64,000 nucleotides of DNA from Octopus bimaculoides (Eukaryota): NCBI RefSeq assembly GCF_001194135.2, contig NC_068989.1:587013-651012 (forward strand). Reading direction: 5' to 3'. Position 1 is the first letter of the stretch. Each line of letters starts with the position of its first letter. The notes under the pieces were generated by a model. That model was not told where the DNA came from. It saw nothing but the letters and a program-made list of their open reading frames with translations, and made no database searches. Made by a program: the position numbers and the translations under genes. This document shows, piece by piece, positions 11,641-23,324 of the stretch.

Positions 11641-13366
11641 TACTCGATCCGTGTTGATAACTTTCAGAATGCGGTGTCACAGACCATTTTGAAATCTAAT
11701 TATGCCGTTGGCATTTCTCTTCCTCATTAAGTCGTTATTGTTCGTCATTTTAAAACTGCTAAATGATTACCTTGAAAACTAAAAATCAAGGATTTCAGAA
11801 TATTCTTTTGCAGGAATATACATTTACAGGAATCACTCCTTTTTGCTTCCAGTGCCACTTCATATTGAGAAGGGATAAAACAACATTAAAAATATAGAGA
11901 GTCCAATCTATATACACACACGCGCATATATGTGAAGTCTATAAGTTTAGAAACAATCTTTCGTGAAGATTATTTGGGGGACAATTTCAACCTAAGATTA
12001 TCCTGTTAAAATCCACGCAGAAAATTTATGCAAAGAAAAGCTTTACTGAAACTATTAGAGTAAAGTCCGATGTCCTCCTATAAATGGTGTCAAGCAATAC
12101 CGTCGTATGACGACATTCATTTCAGAAAACAAAAATATATTTACAACGAAAGTATATTTGCCTAAAGACAAAATCTAAGCGGCATTTCAAAGACTGTTTA
12201 CATTAACAAATAAAAAGTTTTTTCTTCTAGACAAAAGATAAATCCATTACTTCACTATAGAATAAGATAATTCCAGATATACGGTACTTATATATATCAG
12301 TAATAATAAAAGGGTAAATTAGTTAATCATTCAATCAATTAATTAATTAATTAATAATTATTTAACCAAGTAGTTCGGTACATTAAAATAACCTTTTTAG
12401 GTAAAATTATACAAATATTCTGTAAATGCATGTCGTTTGAAAGGTATTTATACAAAAATTTCATTAAATAATATTTATTTTCCTCAAAGTTATGGGCAAA
12501 TACCTCGGATCTTGTGAATTTTCCGAAGTCCTCTCTCCACCTCCACCCACCCCCACCCCCATTGCTTTCTACGCATTTTTGTTTTCATATTTGTTTCCTA
12601 CACATTTTTTTTACACTCGTTGCACTATTTTTTTTTTTCATTTCGTTTCCGGGTAATATTGTAAACATTAACCAAATATTTTTTCAATAAGAAACATTTT
12701 AATGTGGGTGTGCATGCGTATATGTATGTATGTATGTATGTAGGCATGGATGCATGTATGTATGTACACAATAATAAACAATCGTGAGCAAAATTACACA
12801 ACGACATGACGGTTTACGTGTAACGTAAAACAAAATAGGAAAGTAGGGATTTCTGGTTCAAGATGATAAATTTAGAGTTGAATTTAAGACAATGAGATCT
12901 ACGACGTAACCGGTCCCTGACCCCAGAATAATTAGAAGCAAGGATGAACCTAGTGCAATAAACTGTTTAATCTTATACAAATTATTTTAACAATTATTTT
13001 TATATAATTCTTTATAATATTTAATTATAATAATAGAATGTTTTTTCTTTAATAAAAACATCAAATGACTATGAGAGTTTAGCTAAAATAGGAATCAAAG
13101 GAGTCTATATGCAAAAAATGGTTGAGTACCACTGCTCAACTGTGTGCTTGTTTGAGAAGCTCTCAAAGCGACTAAATCTTTTTGGGGTTTTATTTTCCAT
13201 TTCTGTCCAGTGCAAAGGGTATTTCCAAGGAAATAATCTTTTTTTTATTTCTTTGTTTCTGTTATATTATTTTTTTTTACCTTCTTTTATGTAACCCCAC
13301 ACTATCGTTCTGCATCATTCCCAAAGTCTTTGTCAACCTTAAGTAGTTGCTTTATAAATATCATTA

Positions 13367-13415
13367 TTAGCAGGTCGGGCTTAGCGGAGTTTCGTTCGTC
13401 GTCACATTCTGAGTT
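13367..13415 (+). mobile_element. SINE family A head fragment fused to a LINE
   Basis: TTAGCAGGTCGGGCTTAGCGGAGTTTCGTTCGTCGTCACATTCTGAGTT aligns with the head at 39118. Confidence 0.6.
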
Positions 13416-14498
13416 TTGTCTGAAGTCTTTCAGTATGATGTCTGGCCTATTCGCATCTATCTTCCTGTCAGTTTAAAAGGTGAAATTCCAGAGGAGTGAG
13501 ATGTGATCATTTTCAAGCACTGAAGGTGGTTTGTGTTCCCACTAGTTTTTATCATGGGGCAGGTCCAGGCTTTTGTAAATTACCCAGTGAATATATTGTG
13601 CTGCTCTATCATGCTTGTTGAGATACTCTGTAGGCGCAAGAAGACTGCACATGGAGACACCATGATCAATGATCTCATTTTGTTGTTGACATACACAACA
13701 TGTTGGGCTACTGCCGTTCTTTAATATGTTGGCCTGGTAGTTCCTTGTAGGTAGGCATTGCTCTTGGACTACTATGATAAACCCTTTTATTTCTGATTTT
13801 AAGCCAGAAGACACTAACCATTGATGGGTAAGGGTTTTGTCAACATCGGGACTATTAGCTCTCTTTGGGTATTTACCATTTGGAGGGGGTTTTTTGCCAT
13901 TTATCAATAAGAATATCTAAGGCAGCAGTTTTAGCAAGGGTTTTCATACGCTTAGAGTTTTCTGTGCTTGTTTCTAGTATGTCTAATTCTGCAATTTGTT
14001 GTATTTGGAATTCACTTAGACTTTTAATATTAGCGGTTTTGTGGCATTTTTTACACACCATGCTATGTTGTTTTCTTCTGCGCTAATGCTGTGTTTGCAT
14101 CCAATAAGTCCTCTGCCCCCTCTTTTTCTTGGTACATACAGTCTGTGTCACTTTTTGGGTGGAGTGTCCCATATCCAGTTAGCAACTTCTTTGTCTTTCT
14201 GTCTAAGATGTTTAGTTCGTCTATTGTCCACGTGATTACCCTTGCTCCATATCTAAGGAGTGAAACCGCGCAGGTGTTGATAGCTTCGATCTTATTCCGT
14301 CCGTTTAATTTCGACTTAAGGATCAGTCTCAGTCTGCGCAAGTACTCCACCTTAAATTTTTCTGTCATTTCTTTCTCCATCAATTTATCCATTTCCAATA
14401 TCCCCAAGTACTTATAGCCCGTCTCTTCTAACTGCTTCATAACCTCTCCCGACGGTATCGTTAGCCCGTCCATACATTTGACTTTGCCTCTCTCTCTC
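13416..14498 (-). mobile_element. R4/Dong-like LINE fragment: post-RT region, CCHC zinc finger, start of RLE
   Basis: GYKYLGILE..EYLRRLRLILKSKLNGRNKIEAINT..LHPKSD; QWLVSSGLKSEIKGFIIVVQEQCLPTRNY; CCVCQQQNEIIDHGVSMC (C-x2-C..H..C); ANRPDIILKDF; several frameshifts. Confidence 0.92.
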
Positions 14499-14554
14499 TT
14501 ATTATCATTATTATTATCATTATTATCATTATTATTATTATTGTTATTATTATT

Positions 14555-14589
<35 letters not shown>

Positions 14590-14592
14590 TAT
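14499..14592. repeat. (ATT/ATC)n microsatellite
   Basis: Seen directly. Confidence 0.95.
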
Positions 14593-14746
14593 TTTATGTT
14601 TGACTTTTGTTTTGCATTTGTACAAGTTGGATCCAAGTCTCACCCAGAGACCTCAAGAGACAACAAGTTAGAAGTTCATGTAGGTGTTATGCCTAGGGTA
14701 CCATATATTTGGATTTGTACAGTTTTGTTCAAGTGAATGTTTAAGA

Positions 14747-14748
<2 letters not shown>
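14593..14748 (-). mobile_element. Probable 3'-terminal fragment of a (TAA)n-targeting R4/Dong LINE
   Basis: About 155 bp of complex sequence between two (TAA)n tracts; minus strand ends GTCAAACATAAAA(TAA)n. Assignment is inferred from context. Confidence 0.5.
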
Positions 14749-14972
<224 letters not shown>

Positions 14973-15049
14973 CTGAGTAAGTGAGAATAAGCACAGACCA
15001 AACACATCGAATGATACTTGAACCAAACACGTTACTGCCTTTTTTGAAC

Positions 15050-15165
15050 AGTGTGTCCTCGATGGCTTATGCCTGATATTGAGATGAACTGGTTATGGTT
15101 GGAAGGCCTTTGGTAACTGGACTTTTGGATCAGGTCAGACATTCTAGTTAAAGCAACAACAAAGG
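15050..15165 (+). mobile_element. Family D repeat, 3' half
   Basis: GGTTATGGTTGGAAGGCCTTTGGT..GGATCAGGTCAGAC..TAAAGCAACAACAA. Confidence 0.5.
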
Positions 15166-15789
15166 ATCGCTTGAAACGTATACGCGCGTGCGTGCGTGCG
15201 TGCGTGTGTGCGTGTGAGCGTGTTAGCAATTAAAGAGTGAAGTGCAAACTGTCTCAGCTAACTTCTCCATCTCAATAGAAGCATTAATACCAAACAGTCC
15301 GTCTCCGTTTAGCAAAACCGACCAATTTTCAAAAGATGCTGACGATTTCGTGTGGAACTATAAGCTTGTTTGGGCGTTTTCAAAATCCTCTTCGTGATAC
15401 TCTCGAGATTTAGAGAAAATATTAATGTATGTCTACGTGTGTGTATTGTATAGCCGTGTGCGTGTGTGTGTGTGCGTGCGCGCGCGTGTGTATTATATAG
15501 CTATGTAAATGCAAATGTTTGTACGCTATGTATGTGTACACGTGTGCACTATATACGTATGCATAGTTTTATTCACTTTTTTATTCTATATGTGTGGTTA
15601 CATGCAACATGTGTGTGCGTGCGTATGTGTGTGTGCGTGTACAGGTGCATGTGTGTGTGTGATGTGTGTGTGCATATGTGAGTGTGTAGTTTTAAATATT
15701 TCAGACATCACTGGGCTTGGAGTATTTTTTTATTTATACCATGATTATCCCTTAACAAAGTGTGTACGTATGTGTATGTGTGTGTGAGA

Positions 15790-15866
15790 GAGAGAGGGAG
15801 GATATGCGTGAGAGAGGGAGGATATGCGTGAGAGAGGGAGGATATGCGTGAGAGAGGGGGATATGC
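15790..15866. repeat. 20-bp minisatellite GAGAGAGGGAGGATATGCGT, about 4 copies
   Basis: Three exact units plus one variant. Confidence 0.95.
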
Positions 15867-17537
15867 ACACTGAAGTGCTTCTATGCTTATCTCTGAGCTC
15901 GTCTCTATGTTCTGGTGAAGTTATAACCTTAACACTAACCCCACAGATATGGCAAAATGTCGATGTCCATCACATTTCTATGACTTTCAAGTGTTTTAAC
16001 ACCCAGCATTATTCGGGAATCATCCTCAAAGCACTATACCGCAGAGAACCGTTGAACAAACAAAACGGTTTCCGAGCTTTAGTCACATCGATTGAAGTTG
16101 ATACTCAATAACCGTGTTAATATTAGTTTAAGTATTGAACACCTAAAAGGCAAAATGTCGGCTCTCTTCAAGTCGAGAATATAAACCCAGTTTCTTGTTT
16201 TTGGATTGTACTTGTATTCCACACACACAGACACACACACACTTATGTGCATATATGTATGTATGTATGTATAATATATATATATATATATATATATANN
16301 NNNNNNNNNNNNNNNNNNNNNNNNNNNNNNNNNNNNNNNNNNNNGATCTTATATATATATAATAAAAACAGATGAATGGGTTATCTGGTATTGCTACAAT
16401 TGTTTCGTTAAGTGTCTTTATTGTGACATAAAGTGAGGTATGCAGTATGCACAACTCCCATAAGGTTACGTAATATGTTGCACAAATCTCAACTCATCAG
16501 GTTAACCAAATAAACAAGCAGCCCGTGACATTTTCATTAATCAGCAGATCATCAAGAAGTGGAATTTCTAATCTGAGTTACCAACATCTAAGAAATGTAA
16601 AGCAGGTGGGACTACAACCTGACAATCAACAAGGGTGGATAGCAGAGTGGTGCCGTAAATCAAAGAACAGTTAAAGATATTTCTATTCCAACGATGTCAA
16701 ACTTCACAACCTTGTTTATCAAGACTTGAGATGACAGAACTTGCGGACAGCAGGTGCCAAGCATGACATTTGATCCTATCAAAATATGTTCAAAGAACAA
16801 CCGCTGAACCCATCCGTAAAAAAATTATACATTTACAGTGTTATATTGTTTTGAAGTTATCTGCAATAAAGATTGGCCTGGTTAATAAATTCCAGCGTTA
16901 CTTATACACTTAATTAATCTTAATAAAAGTGCTTTGATTAATTAGTACATAACTAATAGAATATTAGCTTTAATCAACGGAGAATTAGCTAATTATAATT
17001 CAAGGAGAATAACTTAAAGAAAACCGTAGTTCAGCGAAGTTTCCTCGAAATACCAGAGGAGTGAGAGGGGGGAGGATAAAGGAAAAGAAATAAAAGGGAA
17101 AGAATAAGATAAGTCAAATATAGAAAATGTTCAACACATTGACAGGAAAGCGGTGTTGATGTAAGCGAATGACTATGCATCCTAAAGTATTATGCATCGA
17201 AAAAGTATTATAGGCAATCTGGACAACAAAGATTTTGCTACCGGATTAAAAGCATGTGTTTAAAAAGAAAACGTAAACACACGAAAGTCCGTAGAACTTA
17301 CGTTTCTACCAACCAATATTGTCAGGATATTATTTAGAATAAAGCAAATCATTTAAAATCATATAATTATATAATCGAGCTAATGTCAGGGTGGGAATAT
17401 TACGGGTAACATAATCCAGNNNNNNNNNNNNNNNNNNNNNNNNNNNNNNNNNNNNNNNNNNNNNNNNNNNNNNNNNNNNNNNNNNNNNNNNNNNNNNNNN
17501 NNNNNNNNNNNNNNNNNNNNNNNNNNNNNNNNNNNNN

Positions 17538-17639
17538 GGAGGAGGAGGAAGAGGAGGAGGAGGAGGAGGAGAAGAAGAAGAAGAAGAAGAAGAAGAAGAA
17601 GAAGAAGAAGAAGAAGAAGAAGAAGAAGAAGAAGAAGAA
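17538..17639. repeat. (GGA)n-(GAA)n microsatellite
   Basis: Seen directly. Confidence 0.97.
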
Positions 17640-17710
17640 TTGCAATGGTGGCTTCTTGTATGAAGACGTAAATGTTGTCTTACTTTTCTGAAGTTATTTT
17701 CTGTTTTTTT

Positions 17711-17878
17711 ATTTGCTTTAGTCCATGCTGGAGCACCGTTTGAAAGGTTTAGTCGAACAAATCGACCAAAGGACTATTTTTGAAAAGCTTAGCGCTTATT
17801 CTAATCGGACTCTTTGCCGAAACGCTTAGTTATATGGACGTAAACAAACCAACATCAGTTGTCAAGTGGTGGTGGGAG
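17711..17878 (-). mobile_element. SINE family B 3' tail fragment
   Basis: Plus strand CCATGCTGGAGCACCG..TTTAGTCGA..TCAGTTGTCAAG is the reverse complement of the family B tail. Confidence 0.75.
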
Positions 17879-17930
17879 ATAATCACAAGCACGCGCACTC
17901 ACGCGCACACTCACACACACACACACACAC

Positions 17931-17963
<33 letters not shown>

Positions 17964-17970
17964 ACATACA

Positions 17971-18892
17971 TAGGGTGTTCAAGTTAAATCTGATGATTTC
18001 TTCTGTCTCCTTTTTTCAGGAACAACTTGAGGCATCGGTGAACAGTCCACGGCGTTGGAGAGCATGACGAAGATTACAGTTGTGTTTGAGAGAAAGTCAG
18101 GTGACATGGAAGACTGGAAGCTATCTGAATGTTTGAAAAGAGTTACCTGTATCATGATGACTTGTGTCGAGTATCAAAAATGTCAACAACGTGACTGCTA
18201 CTCGATGCTTTGTAAACACTGCAAAGGCTGTAAGACATGGACAACTGCAACGTGGCGAGCGGGAAGGACACAGCAGGCGTTCTGACTGCGTCCGCACGCA
18301 GGAATTCATCCAACAGGACAAGGTCGTGGAAGATCCGAGCAATGGAATCCAAGCTTGGGTAAGACGGGTCGGCATTGGAGTTGCTACCATGAATCTGGCC
18401 CTGAATGAGGATTTTCTTTACCGCTTGTACGAGATTTGCAAGGAACAAACTCGAACAGCCAAGGAGAACCGCTTGACAAAGAAATTCATGAAGAAGCTGA
18501 GGCCTCTTGTTAATCCAGGGATGATCTGATTCTCCTCTGATGAAAAGAACTTCTGCCAGGACCGGTTGCACAACATCCCGAACAACATGTCGCTTACCAA
18601 CAGTCCTTGTGATGTCTCACGTATCCTGAAAACCCAGATCACTCAAACTGCAATGGTGTTTGGATGTATCTCCAGTAGGGTGACGTCATGCCGCTCCACA
18701 TCTTTGAGCAGGGCCTTAGACTCAATTCAGTTGGCTATGAGCAGCTGTTGGAGACTGCGGTCAAACCCGGGCTGGAGAGGGTTGCTACTGGAAAGCCTTA
18801 TGTGTGGCAGCAGGATTCGGTTCCTTGCCATGTCTCTGGAAACAGAAGTGGTTGTCGTAGAACTATAAATATTGTTACATATAAACATCCTA
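17971..18892 (+). mobile_element. Tc1/mariner (maT/rosa-like) element, internally deleted, degenerate transposase
   Basis: FSSDEKNFCQD (first D), TAMVFGCIS, VMPLHIFEQGLRLNSVGYEQLLETAVKP, PYVWQQDSVPCH (second D); third D absent; ends TAGGGTGTTC and AAACATCCTA are imperfect inverted repeats. Confidence 0.85.
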
Positions 18893-18904
18893 TGAATCCA
18901 CATA

Positions 18905-19040
18905 TGTCTTTAAAAGGGGCGCATTGGATAATGTATTCTAGGAATACACTTTTAGTGAGGAAAAAAAACTGGTATAGTCGTGACTGGAATGTTTTTGAAT
19001 AAAGGTCTGTTGCATTCTGGGATTAACGACAATAACAATA
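18905..19040 (+). mobile_element. Family D repeat, 3' part
   Basis: TTTAAAAGGGGCGCATTGGATAATGTA..GACTGGAATGTTTTTGAAT..GGTCTG..AACGACAATAACAA. Confidence 0.55.
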
Positions 19041-19298
19041 AATAGTTGTCAAGTTGACAGCAGAATTTTGTTATTCATTTACGAATGTTGTTGGTATTTT
19101 GAGAGTTAAGTCTCAAAGCCAGTAGCTGGATACGAAACCCAGACCTTTCGACTGGTTGATCGGAGCCCCTAAAGTCTTGACCAACCACATTTTAATTTAC
19201 CCAAATTATGGATTAATTAGTCATAAGAACGAGTTTAGCATAAAGAAATTAACATCACCAGAATCTCAAGAGACTATTGCGGTCTGCATCAGCACGTC

Positions 19299-19460
<162 letters not shown>

Positions 19461-20587
19461 TACGTACAAAACAAGCCAAGCAAACTTTCTTTGGCTTTCC
19501 AAGCGGGAGAAAACTGGAAGCTGTCAGCCACTCACACGGATATTTGAGTAATCTACAAGCAGACCTATTAAACATTACAAAAAAAAATAACAAAAAAAAA
19601 ATTCAATGCATATTAACCCAGTTTTCATAAATACTAAAAGAATTACGCTAACTCTCCAAGTATTATTCTACTTGAAAAGATCTACAATTGGTGTTATTGA
19701 ACTTCCGATATCAGCCACCATCCCCGCCGTTCTTTAAACTCTAACCTACATTACCACAGAGAAGTCTATAGACTTCGTTGTGGCAATATATTGCTGTTAC
19801 TTCTGTGGTCGCTTTCAATTTGTTGGTTGGGTGAGGGGCGTTCCTGTTCTTCCTGTTTTTGTCTTTTTACATTTTTTCAGCTGTTTGTGATGTACGCAAA
19901 CGAATCTAGTTTGTTTTTGTTTATAGCTTCCAATCTTGATAGAGAAGCTGAGTGACGAGCGAAACGATCCACAGTTCCTATTAAGTCACCAGTGTTGTGT
20001 TATAGCCATTGATTGAACACTTAACTCTCAAATAACTTTAGAGCCCTTGCACAAACAAGAACAACGAAAAACACCGTATCACTACCAATGGACATAACGA
20101 ACAACTGTCTCGCGAGTTTGCCATAGTACTGACTTCTTAATTGTGCCAAAAGCCAATATGATATGGGATTCAGTGACACTAACAAATAGATTTGGTTTCT
20201 TTTTGAATTTGTGTATTTGTTATACACAGAACATATTATCAAGTGGGGGCCTTGAATGAAGGCACGAGTCGTGAGCTCATACTCACAGCAGCTTTTGCTG
20301 AGTTATACAGTATGTTATTCTCTGCGTCTTACTGCATCAGGGTTTTGGAAACATGTATTAGATTTCCGGTGAATGTCGGCTCGAAACTTTCTACCCAGTT
20401 AAGTATTTCTCTCTCGTATACTCAACAATATTCAATTCATAAGTAATCACCTGCTTTTCGAGCCCAAAGAGATATTGTACAAGAGATATATTTTTCATTA
20501 TTTTGTTTTGTCAAGGGGTAGATGCTGTAACAAAAAAAAAACATTTCCGTTCCTGCACAGGTCCTTTTATTTCACTTATCTAACTCC

Positions 20588-20636
<49 letters not shown>

Positions 20637-20865
20637 CTGAAGCCCGTCTCTCTAATGACTTGTAAGTAGGTAAGATTATATTTATGATGCTTTGAATATT
20701 TTAGTTAAGCAGTCAAAATTACTGATTGCATGTCTTCTTATATAGACACCATGAGTAATCATAATAGATAAATGGTGAAGATGGTATCTAACAGCACTGA
20801 TTTTTAATAATTAAATATCATGTACAGAAGTTGATTAACTAAATTTCACTTAGAAAGTAAACAAC

Positions 20866-21281
20866 AGGCGCAGGAGTGGCTGTGTGGTAAGTAGCTTGCT
20901 TACCAGCCACATGGTTCCAGGTTCAGTCCCACTGCGTGGCACCTTGGGCAAGTGTCTTCTACTATAGCCTCGGGCCAACCAAAGCCTTGTAAGTGGATTT
21001 GGTAGATGGAAACTGAAAGAAGCCTGTCGTATATATATATATGTATGTGTGTGCATGTGTTTGTGTCTGTGTTTGTCCCCCCCCCCCAACATCGCTTGAC
21101 AACTGATGGTGTGTTTACGTCCTCGTAACGTTGCCGTTCGGCAAAAAAGACCGATAGAATAGATACTAGGATTACAAAGAATAAGTCCTGGGGTCGATTT
21201 ACTCGACTAAAGGCGGTGCTCCAGCATGGCCGCAGTCAAATGACTGAAACAAGTAAAAGAGTAAAAGATTAAAAGAGTAAA
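20866..21281 (+). mobile_element. SINE family B, full length, young
   Basis: Closely matches 9376-9768; tail (AAAAGAGT/AAAAGATT)n; possible target-site duplication AGTAAACA on both sides. Confidence 0.92.
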
Positions 21282-22576
21282 CAGAATTATGGACTTAAAG
21301 ACATAAAGTACAGCGTTCTAATGCTTCTGATAACTCTCAGCATTTGTTAAGCTTGTTTTACTAAATATCTAATCCTTTGTGGATATCAAGTAAACCCCTC
21401 TTTTGTTTCCGTAGCGAATAAGGAATAAATCGACTGCTGCTGCTGCCTCTCAGATCTAAGGCGGTTTCCGACAGATTTCCGATCAGTAATTTATAGTTTT
21501 TTATATTCAAGAAAGACTTAAAAGTAAGATCAAAAACGAGAAAAATGTGGAGATCAAACTGATTAACAATAGAAGTGAAAGAGAAAAGGACAAAAGGAAG
21601 ACTAAATGAAAGAAAGACAAAGAAAATTTCAAGATGGAGAAATAATGAAAAATAATAGAAGTACGAGTATATATATTAATATATGTACAAGTGTTTATAT
21701 GTAGCTAATCAGGTGAAGACAGTATCCTCCAGTTACGTTACGGATATTTTTCAAGTGTTCAAATAGAGAACACGGCCGTGCAGATTTTCGAAGATTTGTT
21801 TTTCTTCTTTTTCTTCTGCTCTCACAGTGGACTACCTCTGGAATGAAAAGACAGAAGTATTTCTTTTTTCTTTTCATTCCAGAAATAGTCCACTAATTTT
21901 GTCTCGTTTTCCCCCAATATATCTAAAAGTGAACGTATGTTTGAAAAATTTCTGCATTAACTTCAAGCTAGTCATGTTTGTGCCACGTTGAGGTTTTGTG
22001 TGACGGAGGAAAACTCTGTTTATGCATTGTAAGACTTATATACAATGTATTATGCACTAGTGATTCTGCATTGGTCTCAGTTTTATGCACTGTGCACGTG
22101 GTATTGACAGTACAATTATCATATTTGTAGAACTGCTGCAGCCTAAATTTTACCTGTTACAAAAAGCTTTTATGGCTAGCAAGGAAATGCTTATCGATTA
22201 AATTTAGAACATATTTTGTGATGTTAGAGTTTAGCGATGTATCATATTATGGCGTCTTTTCTTAGATTTTGTGACGCAGTGCGATAGGTGAGTGGTTAAT
22301 TTTATCTTTGAATTCATTAGCGAGCGCTTGCTTATCAGAGTCGTCCTCATTGGAAAACTTTTAATTAATATCGTTGAAGAAAGTGACATGGTCCAGTGAA
22401 ACTCAGAGTTTTATTTTCGTTTTATTAAAGATTTACATGAATTACTAATTGATTCCAGGATAATATTTAAAAAATCAAGTGAAATTACTATATTCATTGC
22501 TGTAGATATCTATAGGACGAGACTACTAAATGTATGAACAATATTCTCAATTACTATATATGTATAGATAATATTC

Positions 22577-22611
22577 ATGTATGTATGTATGTATGTATGT
22601 ATGTATGTATG

Positions 22612-22669
<58 letters not shown>

Positions 22670-22812
22670 CTGCTTCTGTTATATGCAACAGATGCAGTAT
22701 TAGATTAAGCCTTCTGTGTATCATATTTAATGTAAATACATCGTGAAGGCAAGTTTATTACGATATTCATCCGGTAATAATATCTATTATGGATGTGCTG
22801 TGATTAAAATCG

Positions 22813-22898
<86 letters not shown>
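22577..22898. repeat. (TATG)n-(TATC)n tract (22577-22668) and (TG)n tract (22814-22898)
   Basis: Seen directly. Confidence 0.9.
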
Positions 22899-22901
<3 letters not shown>

Positions 22902-23237
22902 TATATATATAATGAGGATTTAATTTCTTCGTAAGGGATTATTTATAACAATCCGGATACCAACTTGTGTTATCAAATATATTGAAAGAAAGTTCCACAA
23001 TATATGTGATTAACGGTCCAATAATGTGTAAAGTTAAAAGACAATGGAGAAGAGAAAATATATTGGATACTTGGTTAAAATTTATTTGTATCACAGTGAA
23101 AAAGTAATACATATAAGATTCAGGATATAAAGGGACCGGATCAACAAAGGAAATAACCAAAAACATCCTACATATGTTTCAATCCGGCTTTAGGTTTGAA
23201 TTATCAGCATTCAAGCTATTTTAGATGTAACGAAACC

Positions 23238-23324
23238 ACATTTAGTCGGATATCTTCAGGGGTAGATGTGTACTTTCAACACCTGAAAGTGCACATCTAT
23301 CCCTGAAGATATCCAACTAAATGT
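23238..23324. repeat. 41-bp inverted repeat with a 5-nt loop
   Basis: Arms 23238-23278 and 23284-23324; on the plus strand 38 Watson-Crick pairs, 2 G-U, 1 mismatch. Confidence 0.97.

Noticed and set aside
16464-16507. Minus-strand CUGAUGA with a 4-bp stem II (GUUG/CAAC) and a possible stem I
   Set aside because: There is no GAAA or stem III; only 7 nt (AUAUUAC) lie between the stems.
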